A stretch of 33,129 nt of DNA from Hypanus sabinus (Eukaryota). The position numbers and the translations under genes were made by a program. This document shows, one piece after another, positions 1-11,514 of the stretch. How positions within the stretch are numbered: the first letter of the stretch is position 1; every line of letters begins with the position of its first letter. The DNA lies in NCBI RefSeq assembly GCF_030144855.1, contig NW_026780516.1, positions 1 through 33,129 on the forward strand, read 5' to 3'. The notes below the pieces were generated by a model. That model made no database searches. It saw only the letters and a list, made by a program, of their open reading frames with translations, and was not told the DNA's origin.

Positions 1-2060
1 CATAAATAGTAAGGTTGTGTGTCGTGCTAGCAATCTTCTGAGATGTGTATATTTCAAAGCAAGGAATATTGTGGAAAAGACAAAAGAGCTGAGGTCCTGG
101 ATTGACACGTGAAGTTATGACATCATAGCTATTACTGAAACTTTGCTACAGGATGGGCGGGACTGGCAGCTCAATAGAGGCAGAGGGATGAAGGTTGGGG
201 TGGTGGCTTTGCTATTCAGGGAAATTATTACATCAGTGCTTCGACAAGACAGATTAGAGGGCATGTCTACTGAGGCCATGTGGGTGGAGCTGAGAAACAG
301 GAAAGGTATGAACACATTAATAGGGTTGTATTATAGACCATCCAATATTTAAAAAATAATAAATCAGGAGGGCGAAAAGAAGACATGATATTGCTTTGGC
401 AGTCAGGGTGCAGGCTAATCCTAAGAACTTCTACAGGTATGTTAAGAACAAAAGGATAGTAAGGGTTAAAGTTGGTCCTCTTGAAAATCAGAGTGTTCTG
501 CTGTGCATGGAACTAAAAGAAATGGGAGGGATATTAAATGTTCCCTTTTTTGCATCTGTATTTCCTCAGGAAACTGAAATGTCGTTTATGGAAACAAGGC
601 AAACAAGTAGGGAGTTCATGGAACTTATAGAGATTAAAGAGTAGGAGCTGCTTGCTGTCTTGAGGAAATCAGAGTAGATAAATCCCCAGGAGCTGACACG
701 GTAATCACTCGGACCTTAAGAAGACTCGTGCTGAACTTGCCGTGGCCCTTGCAGAAATATTTTACGTCGATATCCACGAGTCAGGTGCTGGAGGAGTGGA
801 GGATAGCTCATGTATTTCCGTTGTTTAAAAAAGGCCCATAAAGTGGGCTGGAGAATTATAGGCCGGTAAGTTTGACATCGGTAGTAGGTGAATTATTGGA
901 AGGAACACTGAGAGATAGGATCTACATGTATTTGGATAGACAGGGACTTATTGGGAAAAATAAACTGCACGGCTTCGTGCGTGGTAGGTCAAGTTCAAAC
1001 AATCTATTAGAGTTTTTCGAGGAAGTTACCAGGAAAGTGGATGAAGGGAAGGCAGTGGATGTTGTATACATGGATTTCAGTAAGACCTTTGACAAGGTTC
1101 CGCATGCGTGTTAGTGGTAAATTGGATCAGTAAATTTGCTGATGATACAAAGATTGGAGGGGTACTGAATAGTGAGGAATTTTTTTAAATATTACAAAGG
1201 GAATTGGACCAGTTGGTGGAATGGGCAGAAAAATGGCACATGGAGTTTAACACGGACGTGTGAGATATTGCACTTCGAAAGGACAAACCTAGTTAGATCA
1301 TACAAAGTAAATGGTAGGACACTGAAGAGTGCAGTAGATCAGAGGGATATGGGGGTACAGATACATCATTCCCTAAAAGTGGCATCTCAGGTCAATAGGG
1401 TTGCAAAGAGAGTTTTTGGTACTCGTCTTTACAAATCAAAGTATTGAGTATAAGGGATGGAATTAATGGTGAGGATGTATAAGACAATAGTGAGACCGAA
1501 TTTAGAGTATTGTGTGCAGTTCTGGTCACCTAATTACAGGACGGATATTAATAAGGTTGAACGAGTGGAGAGAAGGTTTACAAGGATGTTTCCCAGACGT
1601 GAGAATCTGAGTTTCAGAAAAAAAAGGGGAATAGGTTAGGACTTTATTCCCTGGAACATAGACGAACGAGGGGAGTTTTGATAGAGGTGTATAAAATTAT
1701 GATGGGTATTGATAGAGTAAATGCAAGCAGGATTTTTTCTACTGAGGCCAAGGGATAAAACAAAAAATAGGTTATGCGTTAAGGGTGAAATTAGAATAGT
1801 TTAAAAGGAATATTGGTGGGGGGGGGGGGGGTTGCTTTTCACGCAGAGAGCGCTAGGAGTGTGGAATGAGCTGCCAGATGAAGTGGTGAATACGGGCTGA
1901 CTTTTGACAGTGAAGATGTACTTGGACAGATATATGAATGAGAGGGGTTTGAAGGTATATGGGCCAGGTGTAGGTCACTGGGACTATGCAGAAAAATGTT
2001 TCGGCAAAGCCAAGACGGGCCAGAATGTCTGTTTCTGTGCTGTAATGTTCTATGGTTCTA
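1..2060 (+). mobile_element. CR1-clade LINE, decayed ORF2 (endonuclease + RT fragments) and 3' end
   Basis: Fragments CIYFKARNIV/DIIAITET (APE endonuclease), VDVVYMDFSKTFDKVPH and VRPNLEYCVQFWSP (CR1 RT), interrupted by stops and frameshifts. Ends in a CR1-type tail tgtaatgttctatggttcta at 2041-2060. Starts before the window edge. Confidence 0.93.
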
Positions 2061-2062
2061 AA

Positions 2063-3560
2063 CCGGCAGTAACGTCTCCAGGACTTCAGAGACTCCCACA
2101 TTAGCTTCTGAAAACTCCAGTCTCACTGACAAGTACAGATCATACGGATAATGACCAGCAATGATGCCCCAAATCTCACCGCACTGAATGGGGTCAAGCG
2201 CAAAAGATTAAGATACTGACTGTATAACGAACGGTCTAGTAACGTGACCTACGAACCAGTGTCGAGTATGGCTTCAGCATAGATTCGGTAGCGATACGCT
2301 GAGCGGGTCCCATTGATCCCTCCCGAATCGGCTCTTTTGCTTTCGTGGTTTCTTTGATAAATTGCTGGGAATGTGCTCCCACAGAGAACCCAGGCCGTTC
2401 CCTCATTGGGTCTCCTCTACGTTTCCCTGCTTGGATACCCAGGGACGCGCCCTCCGAGGGGCTTTCTGCTCTCACATTCAAGCCGGAAGTGATCCTATTC
2501 CCCACAGTTATCGCACACTCTTCCGGCCGCCCCTCCTTTCGCGGACCCCCCGCAACCCGCAGCCCTCTGCTTTGTCTGTCACCTGAGTTGGAGGGTTGTC
2601 TCTCCCTATCAATCCTGTCAATCTGAGGGTCCACACTTACGCTGAACCCCAGCAACGTCTCAGTTCTCATCTCTGCCAATACCCCCTGTATCAATTCCCG
2701 GGTGGAGCTGGGTCTGATGACTTTACTGCATGGTTGAGAGAGTCATCCCGCAGCCTCAACGCGTTCTTACCCCCCTCACCTCTCCGATCAGCTGATCAAA
2801 AAATGGTGTAGGGCGTTTTATAGGAAAGCAGGAGACTCCAAGCAATCCTGTCCTCAGCCTGGGAACCTCTAGTTCCCTGTCCATCCTTATCTGATCCACC
2901 TCAGATGCCCGAATAACCCTTCGGCGCCGCAGCCATTAAGAAGCCTCTCTTGCCGACAAAGCTACGCGAAGAGCCTCTCACCTTTCTCCTGACGCATGTG
3001 TTGAAACTCCCCTAGGAGCTCCCGGTCAACCCAAAAGCACTCCCCAATGCTTCCAAATACTCAACGTTAGAGACCGAGGTGTGGCTATCCTTCACGCCTC
3101 GAACTACCTCCACCACCACTCCCGGCAAACGTCCAACCAATCTCTGTCGCTTTTCATCGTCCGGGCACTGCCTCTCTCACTTAACAACTGCGAAGTTTGT
3201 TCTACCCATGTCTCATAATCCTCTTCACCTTCGGGGCTGGGTGTTATCCCAGAGAAAATTCTTATCTTCTGGCGGAGCCCCTTGACTTTCTCGCCAGAGA
3301 GGTAATGGCAGATGCCAAGTCGAAACTCTTGTCTTTCGGTGGAGGACGGGAAATAATCAAGTTTTCCAAATCTGACCACACTTCCCTCTTCACCATCAGT
3401 AATGAGAGAATTCGTTCCCTAAGATCTCCGCGCTCATCCTTTGGCAACCCAGCTCGCTGACCTCCGACCCTTTCTTCCTGACAGGAACTCGAAATCTTAT
3501 TTGGTGGTTTGGTTTGGTGAAACAAGTAAAACAAATGCGCCGCTCAATAAATTTATCAGT
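2063..3560 (-). mobile_element. Ty3/Gypsy LTR-retrotransposon remnant: PNMA-like gag, CCHC zinc knuckle, aspartic protease
   Basis: Minus strand: IFSGITPSPEGEEDYETWVEQTSQLL then (frameshifted) DEKRQRLVGRLPGVVVEVVRG..EYLEALGSAFG (PNMA/Gypsy capsid-like); C-D-N-C-G-E-stop-D-H-F-R-L-E-C at 2474-2515 (CX2CX4HX4C); AILDTGS at about 2252-2272 (DTG protease motif). No RT, integrase or LTR seen. May extend to about 4300. Confidence 0.82.
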
Positions 3561-4339
3561 TTCGTGCAGAAAATAATTCGTCAGATCTTACGCCTTCCTC
3601 GTTGGTCCATAAAAGACCTCCGAACTTCCGACAAGACTGCGAACCGTCGAATTCCGGTAGCCGCCGTCCTGCGATCGCCGAACTGTCCCAGACTCGCCCT
3701 TCCTTTTCACTCGCCTCGTCGAAAAGCCCGCAAGCACTCTCTCGGTTCCCAACATGCAAATAACCATAACAGGTCTCAGATTGGTTAGTTCCCCGTTATC
3801 TGTTGTTATAACCAAATCATCGCAGCTGCTGAGAACCACAGACCGCGTCAGATAATACTACAGAGAAGCCATTTCATTATAACACTAGCAAAAAGCCGTT
3901 TTATTAGCTTTAACAGTTAACATTGCGCTTAATATTACTGAGAACCCTACTTCAGAATCCAGTTCCAGGCTTCACGGATATAATAGAACTCTTTAGCAAC
4001 CTATTATTCCGCATACTCTTCCTGCTTCCGGCCTCACAGGCACGTAGCATGGACAACAGATCCAGGAGGGTCCTGCCTTTTAACTTCGCTTTTAACCCCC
4101 GTAAATGGCAGTGCAGTACTTCGTCCCTCATCGTACCTCTGTCACTGGTAACACAATGGACCACGATTTCGAGCTGTTCACACACCTAGTTCAGATTTCC
4201 ACATGGGAGCAGTGCCCTGGCCGCCATCCCCCCGCCAAGCCACATACACAGACACCGCTCACCACCCACTTCCCTTCAGACTCACAAAGTCAAGCTGAGT
4301 GCCTGAGACCCGAACACTGTGACTGAACACTTTTAGGTG

Positions 4340-4810
4340 ATTCTCCCGCCGCCCAAACTCTGCAAAGGTATCCAAAATGTGAAGGAATTTGCCACATGGG
4401 AGTTGTGCCCTGGCCCCTTCAGCCGTTTCGCTTTCCTGACTGTCACACAGTCTCCTGTCCGCTGTGCCCTCGGTGTAAAATTTTCCGCTATGACTTGTCT
4501 CTCATTTCTGCCTCCCGAATGATCCGAGCTCGTTCAGTTCCAGCTCCACACACTGAGCGCCGATTGTTAGAAATTCCAGATGAAGGCAGCTCTCGCAGTT
4601 GTAATCATCAGGGCCACTGGAGATCTCCAGGCCTTCCCAGATCCCGCAAGAGGAGCATGCATCTATCCTGCCTGGCATCTCAGTCATTCCATCTGATCAG
4701 ATATGATGAATGGACGGAAAAAGAAAGTCTTAAACAAGTGCTTTTTCTTTATTTTGCCTCCTTTGACTGAAGCCTCCCTGAGCTGACGCCTCGGCGAGCA
4801 GAAGCCTGGA
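4340..4810 (-). mobile_element. CR1 LINE 5' fragment (ORF1 N-terminal Cys motif/coiled coil)
   Basis: ORF 4502-4687 ACSSCGIWE..YNCESCLHLEFL..VELELNEL matches the CxxC..CxxC + leucine-zipper start of fish CR1 ORF1p. The upper boundary is uncertain. Confidence 0.7.
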
Positions 4811-5168
4811 GATCACCTGCTTGACGGTCCATTCAGGCGATGGATTCTGCAGCTGACCCTTCCATCTTCCTGCTGATGAAACTATATATGCAATAATTAT
4901 TTTATCTGTTTATATTATCTGTATTGATTTTATTCATTTGCTGTGTGTACCTTCATTTACAGACTTGTTGTATGTCAGCGCCTGGCTGCGAGTCTCAATT
5001 TTGTGTCTGTTTACAGACTCGGCTGACATCGGTGTCAGCCATTTGCTGGGAATATTGGATACACTTCCAGTCTGCGTATGTATTGCTTCGCTGAAGGACT
5101 GCAAATAAAGGGTTAAATGCACCTGTCACTCGGTAGAACTTAATTAAGTGAGTGTCCGTGGGGATTGT

Positions 5169-5215
5169 CGACGTCACCGCGGAGCTGGGGCTGCTCGTTA
5201 CCTGTTCTATAAATA
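5169..5215 (+). promoter_or_regulatory. Putative GPCR promoter: CRE-like GACGTCA plus TATA box
   Basis: GACGTCA at 5170-5176 and TATAAATA at 5208-5215, about 125 nt upstream of the exon-1 ATG (5338). Spacing is promoter-like; function is inferred. Confidence 0.55.
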
Positions 5216-5337
5216 TGTATCCACGACCACGACAGTTTCAGTGAGTGCCGCTACTCTCTTCGATCAGAGACCAGCGGGATCTGGATAGAGAGAGGACGGA
5301 GGCTGGATCGGGAACCGGTACCTGGAGTATCCCAGCA

Positions 5338-5482
5338 ATGGATCATCAACTGCGAAATCAAGCCCTGAATACCGCGGGAATAGCGAAGTACTATTCCTGG
5401 GATTTGGATCTTCGAATCGAGCGAGTGCTAAAGAATTTACAACTGGTTTACTACCCTGTACTCGCCATTGTAGCTGTTCCTG
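5338..5482 (+). CDS. GPR139/142-like class A GPCR, coding exon 1 (N-terminus + start of TM1)
   Basis: MDHQLRNQ...LQLVYYPVLAIVAVP+G, ending at a canonical donor G|GTAAGT (5483). Its phase-1 end joins the exon at 15335 to give YYPVLAIVAVPVNMVTIIILSRGKCGLS, the continuous TM1-ICL1 typical of this family. An upstream in-frame start is possible. Confidence 0.88.
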
Positions 5483-5589
5483 GTAAGTGTATAGTCTCTT
5501 TCTCTTGATTAACGTTGAAAAATTATAAGCCAACTTTTGTTTCATATTTGTCCTCAAACGACACGCTAATCGCCAGGCAGGTCTCTCAA

Positions 5590-6320
5590 ATGGGTATCGC
5601 TTCAGCAAATATCGGTTGAATGCATTTGATAAGGTGCTCCATGCAAGGCTTATTGAGAAAGTAAAGAGACATGGGATGAAAGAGTTCACTGCTTTGTTGA
5701 CTACAACTGGCTTGCCCACAGAAGTTAAAGTGTGGTTGCAGACGCTTCATGTTCTGCATGAAGTTCTGTGATCTTGGGACGTTGCTGTTCTAATGCATAG
5801 GACTCTCGAAGCTGCTACGGAGGTTGACCCTACAGTTAGGAAGGCAGACGCTGAATTGGCCTTCATCAATGGAGTGATTGAATTTCAGAGCCGAGATGTA
5901 ATTTTGCAGCTATATAAGACCCTCGTCAGACAGCACTAGGAGTACTGTGGCCTCACAACAGGAAGCAGGTGGAGACCATAGAAAGGGTGCAAATGATATA
6001 GCCTGGACTGGGGAACATGCCTTATGAAAATAATTTGAGTGAACAGAGTCTATACACATTAGAGCGACGGGGTGTAATATACGACATGATAGGGGTGTGC
6101 AAGATGATGACAGGCATTCATCATGTGGATAGTCAGAGGCTATTATCCCAGAGCGGAAATGGCTTGCACGAGAGGGCACAGTTTTAAGGTGCTTGGAGTC
6201 GTCTAGAACAGATGTCAGAAGCACGTTTTTACGCAGAGAGTTTTGAGAACTTTAAATGGGCTGCTGGCGACGGTTGAGGAGGTTGATCCGATAGGGTCTT
6301 TTAAGAGTCTCCTGGATAAA
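5590..6320 (+). mobile_element. Old CR1 RT/3' fragment, heavily decayed
   Basis: gcatttgataaggtgctccatgcaaggcttattgagaaagt (AFDKVLHARLIEKV), followed by degraded CR1 3' ORF2 and tail-like sequence. Confidence 0.8.
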
Positions 6321-6323
6321 TAT

Positions 6324-9300
6324 ATAAACATATAACAATCACAGCAAGGAAACAGGCCATCTCGGCCCTCCTACTCCGTGCCGAACTCTTAATCTCACCT
6401 AGTCCGACCTACCCGCACTCAGCCCATAACCCTCCACTCCTTTCATGTCCATATAACTATCCAATTTTACCTTAAATGACACAACTGAACTTGCCTCTAC
6501 TACTTCTACAGGAAGCTCATTCCACACAGCTATCACTCTCTGAGTAAAGAAATACCCCCTCGTGTTTCCCTTAAACTTCTGCCCCCTAACTCTCAAATCA
6601 TGTCCTCTCGTTTGAATCTCCACTGCTCTCAATGGAAACAGCCTATTCACGTCAACTCTATCTATCCCTCTCAAAATTTTAAATACCTCGATCAAATCCC
6701 CCCTCAACCTTCCACGCTCCAATGAATAGAGACCTAACTTGTTCAACCTTTCTCTGTAACTTAAGTGCTGATACCAAGGTAACATCCTATTAAATCGTCT
6801 CTGCACTCTCTCTAATTTATTAATATCTTTCCTATAATTCGGTGACCAGAACTGCACACAATATTCTAAATTTGGCCTTACCAATGCCTTGTACAGTTGT
6901 AACATTACATTCCAACTTCTGTACCCAGCGTTCCAAAAGCCTTCTTCACCACCCTATCTACATGAGACTCCATCTTCAGGGAACTATGCACTGTTATTCC
7001 TAGATCTCTCTGTTGCCTCTGCATTCCTCAATGCCCTACCATTTACCCTGTATTTTCTATTTGGATTATTCCTGCCAAAATGTAGAACCTCACACTTCTC
7101 AGCATTAAACTCCATCTGCCGACGTTCAGCCCATTCCTCTAACCGGCATAAATCTCCCTGCAAGCTTTGAAAACCCACCTCATTATCCACAACACCTCCT
7201 ATCTTAGTATCATCGGCATACTTACTAATCCAATTTACCACCCCATCATCCAGATCATTTATGTATATTACAAACAGCATTGGGCCCAAAACAGATCCCT
7301 GAGGCACCCCGCTGTTAACCGGCCTCCATCCCGATAAACAATTATCCACCACTACTCTCTGGCATCTCCCATCTAGCCAATGTTGAATCCATTTTATTAC
7401 ACCAGCATGAATACCTAATGACTAAACCTTCTTAAGTAACCTTCCATGTGGAGCTTTGTCAAAGGCTTTGCTGAAGTCCATATAGACTACATCCACTGCC
7501 TTACCCTCGTCAACAACCCTCGTAGCTTCTTCAAAAAAAATCAATAATGTTTGTCAATCATGACCTTCCACGCACAAATCAATGCTGGCTACTCCCAATC
7601 AGATCCTGTCTCTCCAGATAATTGTTAATACTATCTCTAAGAATACTTTCCATTAATTTACCCACCACTGATGTCAAAGTGACAGGTCTATAATTGCTAG
7701 GCTTACTTCTAGAACCCTTTTTAAACAATGGAACCACATGAGCAATACGCCAATCCTCCGGCTCAATCCCCGTTTCTAATGACATCTTAAAGATCTCCGT
7801 CAGAGCTCCTGCTGTTTCTACACAAACTTCCCTCAAGGTCCTGGGGAATATCCTGTCAGGACCCGGAGATTTGTCCACGTTTAAATTTCTTCAAAGCGCC
7901 AGTACTTCCACCTCTTTAATTGTCATAGGTTCCATAACTTTCCTATTTGTTTCCCACACCTTACACAATTCAATATCCTTCTCCTTGGTGAATACCGAAA
8001 AGGAGAAATCGTTCAGAACCTCTCCTATCTCCCTCGGCTCCACACATAGTTGACCACTCTGATTCTCTAAGGGGCCAATTTTATCCCTCACTATCATCTT
8101 GCTTTTCATATAACTGTATAATCCTTTCGGATTTACTTTCACCTTATTTGCCAAACCAACCTCCAATCTTCTTTCAGCTTTTCTAATCTCTTTCTTAAGA
8201 TTCATTTTACATTCTTTATATTCCTCCAGCAATTCATTTACTCCATGCTGCCTATATCTACTGTATACATCCCTCTTTTTCCGAACCAAATTTCTAATAT
8301 CCTTTGAAAGCCATGGTGCTTTCAAACCTTTAACCTTTCCTTTCAACCTAACAGGAACATAAAGATTCTGTACCCTCATAATTTCACCCTTAAATGACCC
8401 CCATTTCTCCATTACATCCTTCCTAAAAAACAACTTGACCCAATACACTGTCTCTAAATCCCTTCGCATCTCCTCAAAGTTAGCCTTTCTCCAATCAAAA
8501 GTCTCAGCTCTAGGTCCTGTCCTGTCCTTCTCCATAATTATATTGAAGCTAATGCTATTGTGATCACTGGACCCGAAGTGCTCCCCAACACATACATCTT
8601 TCAGCTGACCTATCGCATTTCCTAACAGGAGATCCAACACTAACCCATCTCCAGTCGGTACTTCTATGTATTGTTGCAAAAAAACTATCCACACATTTCA
8701 CAAACTCTAGCCATCCAGCCCTTTTACAGAATGAGCTTCCCTGTGGACGTGTGGAAAATTAAAATCTCCCACAATCACCAGCTTGTGTTTACTACAAATA
8801 TCTGCTGTCTCCTAACACATTTTCTCTTCCAACTCACGCTCCCCCCTAGGTGGCCTATATTACACTCCTATCAGTGTTGCTACCCCCTTCCCATTCTTCA
8901 GTTCCACCCAAATAGCCTCCCTAGAGGACCTCTCTAATCTATCCTTCCAAAGCAACGCCATAAGATTTTCTGGGACAAGCAATACAACACCTCCTCCTCT
9001 GGCCCCTCCTACTCTATCGCACCTGAAGCAACTAAATCCAGTAATATTTAGTTGCCAATCACTCCCTTCATGCAACCATGTTTCACTAATAGCTACAATA
9101 TCATAATTCCTGGTATCAATCCACGCTCTAAGCTCATCCACCTTTCTTACTATGCTCCGAGCATTAAAATAGATACATTTAACATACTCTCCACCTCCTC
9201 CTCTCTTTTCATCCCTAAGAGTGCATTCAAATTTATTATCCTTTTCATTCTTCTCCTCCACATCTTCGGGCTGAGCGCATCCCTTCTCCATCACCTGCCT

Positions 9301-10020
9301 TTCCTCCCTCACACACTGTCTATTTACTTGCTCTACTGGTGAACTAACCTCCTCTCCTATGGTTTCCTCAAATTGATTCCCGCCCACACCCCCATCTTAC
9401 TAGTTTAAAGTCTGCCCTGTAGCCCTAGCAAACCTCCCCGCTAGGATATTGGTCCCCCCAGGATTCATGTGTAACCCGTCCTTCTTGAACACGTCACACC
9501 TGCCCCAGAAGAGGTCCCAATGATCCAGAAACTTGAATCCCTGCCCCCTGCTCCAATCCCACAACCACGCATCCATTCACCACCTAATTTCATTCCTACT
9601 CTCACTGTCGCGTGGCACAGGCAGTAATCCCGAGATTACTACCTTTGCGGTCCTTCTTCTTAACTGCCTTCCTAACTCCCTATACTCTCGTTTCAGGACC
9701 TCTTCCCCTTTCTTACCTACGTCATTGGTACCTACATGTACCACGACCTCTGGATCTTCACCCTCCCACTTCAGGATATCTTGGACGCGATCAGAAACGT
9801 CCCGAACCCTGGCACCAGGGAGTCAAATTACCATCCGGGACTCACGATCACCTCCACAGAACCGCCTGTCTGATCCCCTGACTATCGAGTCCCCTATTAC
9901 TATGGTCCTCTTTCTTCTATCCATACCCTTCTGAGTTATATGGCCGTCCTCTGTGCCGGAGACTCGGCCACTGTCACTTCCAGCAGGAAGGCTGTTCCCC
10001 CCCCCAACAGTACTCAAACA
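6324..10020 (-). mobile_element. CR1 LINE, 5'-truncated, with part of ORF1 (SGNH esterase) and disrupted ORF2
   Basis: ORF1 TIVIGDSIVRGSDRRFCG (GDS esterase motif); APE CIYFNARSIV/DIVAISETWL/SSDHNSI; RT GVPQGSVLGPMLF, ISKYADDTK, YKALVRPNLEYCVQFWSP. 3' tail near 6324. Split into several ORFs by stops and frameshifts. Confidence 0.95.
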
Positions 10021-10069
10021 TGAGAAACATGAGTTACATGGAACTTAGAATAATGGAGATGTATGGGTA

Positions 10070-10156
10070 AATACGAGGAAATCTACAGATGCTGGAAATT
10101 CAAACAACAACACACACAAAATGCTGGTGGAACACAGCAGGCCAAGCAGCATCTCC
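10070..10156 (-). repeat. Terminal fragment of a common elasmobranch repeat (Penelope-like element tail)
   Basis: aaatacgaggaaatctacagatgctggaaattcaaacaacaacacacacaaaatgctggtggaacacagcaggccaagcagcatct. I recognise it as the tail that normally follows the element seen at 30220-30540; the family assignment is from memory. Confidence 0.6.
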
Positions 10157-10499
10157 GCAGCGCTCGGGCTGTCGGGATCCCGGTTAATTGTCGGTCAGGC
10201 AAACGTTATCTCTGCATCTTCTCCTCTCAAACACTTCTACCAACTGACCTTTCATACAGATTCACTCCAAGAGAAGCAAGTCTGAGCGCACACAAACTCT
10301 GATCATAGGGAACGCTGACCAATCCAGTCAGATCTCTGCTGAATTCCTTCTGCGCTTCCTGTTAAGCTTACACGTCCCTCCTCTACTGAGGTGACCAGGA
10401 CTTCTGATCTTTACTGCCCCATAGAGATGAGTCCAGTTGTGTCAAGGCAGGATTAATCGACTTTGTGGAAGTTTGGTGGAAGGCGCCACATCGCTGAAT

Positions 10500-10524
10500 T
10501 AAATAAATAAATAAATAAATAAAT
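10500..10524. repeat. (TAAA)6 microsatellite
   Basis: Direct reading: taaataaataaataaataaataaat. Confidence 0.95.
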
Positions 10525-10529
10525 GGCCT

Positions 10530-11400
10530 CATCTGTTATGGAGAATGAGGTCACGTTTGCATCATCACTGTCATGATCTATTGCCGCACAAAGGCTGCCG
10601 AGGAAACCGAGAGCCTGCAGAGGAATATAAATAGGATACGCGAATACACTAGCGTCTGGTGGATGCAGTAAAAAGTTGGAAATTACGAGGTCATCCACTT
10701 GGGAAGGACAAGTGGAAGAACAAGTGATAAACAATTACAGGATGCTGCTGTGCGGAGGGACTTTGCTTCAAACACAAAAAGTTTGGTTTGCAGGTGCAGC
10801 AAATCTGATGTTCGCCTTTGTAGCCAGAGGGAATGAATGTTCGAGCAGCGATGTTCTGCTGCATCTGCACAAGGTACTGGTGGGGATGCGTCAGCACTAC
10901 CGTGCATTTCTGGTCTCCGAACTTCAGTAATGATAAACTGGCTTTGTAGATGGTTCACCGGCCGATTGCACATCGTGGTTCGACTATGACGAGTAATTGA
11001 GTCGCCCGGAACTGTACTCGTCGGAATCCAGAAGTATTATAGGAGATCAGATAAAAACATAAAGTTTTGAAAGCGATAGATAAGGTAGTGGCAGGAAAGT
11101 TGATATCACTGGTAGGTGAGACTCGAAGTAAGGGACAGAGCCTGAAGATTCTGGGGAGTAAGTTTAGGACACTGATGACGGGGAGCTTCTTCTCCCAGCG
11201 GTTGGGGAATCTGTGGGATTCTCTGCTCAATCAATCAGTGGAGGCGACCGCAGTTGATATACATAAACAGCCTGGCATATCGTTTTGCATAGTGGAACGA
11301 TTAAGGGCTGTGAAGAAAAGGCATGTTTGCGGCGATGAGCCCGATCAGATCAACCATGGTCACCATCATTGCCGTAGCATGCTAGTCCGAACAGATGGAC
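10530..11400 (+). mobile_element. Older CR1-subfamily RT/3' fragment
   Basis: Degraded CR1 C-terminal motifs (EVIHLGR; AANLMFAFVARG; LHLHKVLV; ETRSKGQSLKI; FFSQRLGNLWDSL). Confidence 0.75.
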
Positions 11401-11514
11401 TTTTCCTACTCCAATTGCTAATATTCCGATGTTCTCATGTTCCCTCATGTTTGCAGTTGAGGGGAGTTGAATTTATGTAAGCGTGGCACTTGGAAAATTA
11501 GTCAGTTCGTTATT

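Noticed and set aside
6399-9387. CR1 ORF2 as an active reverse transcriptase gene
   Set aside because: Broken into several ORFs by stops and frameshifts, and the element is 5'-truncated.
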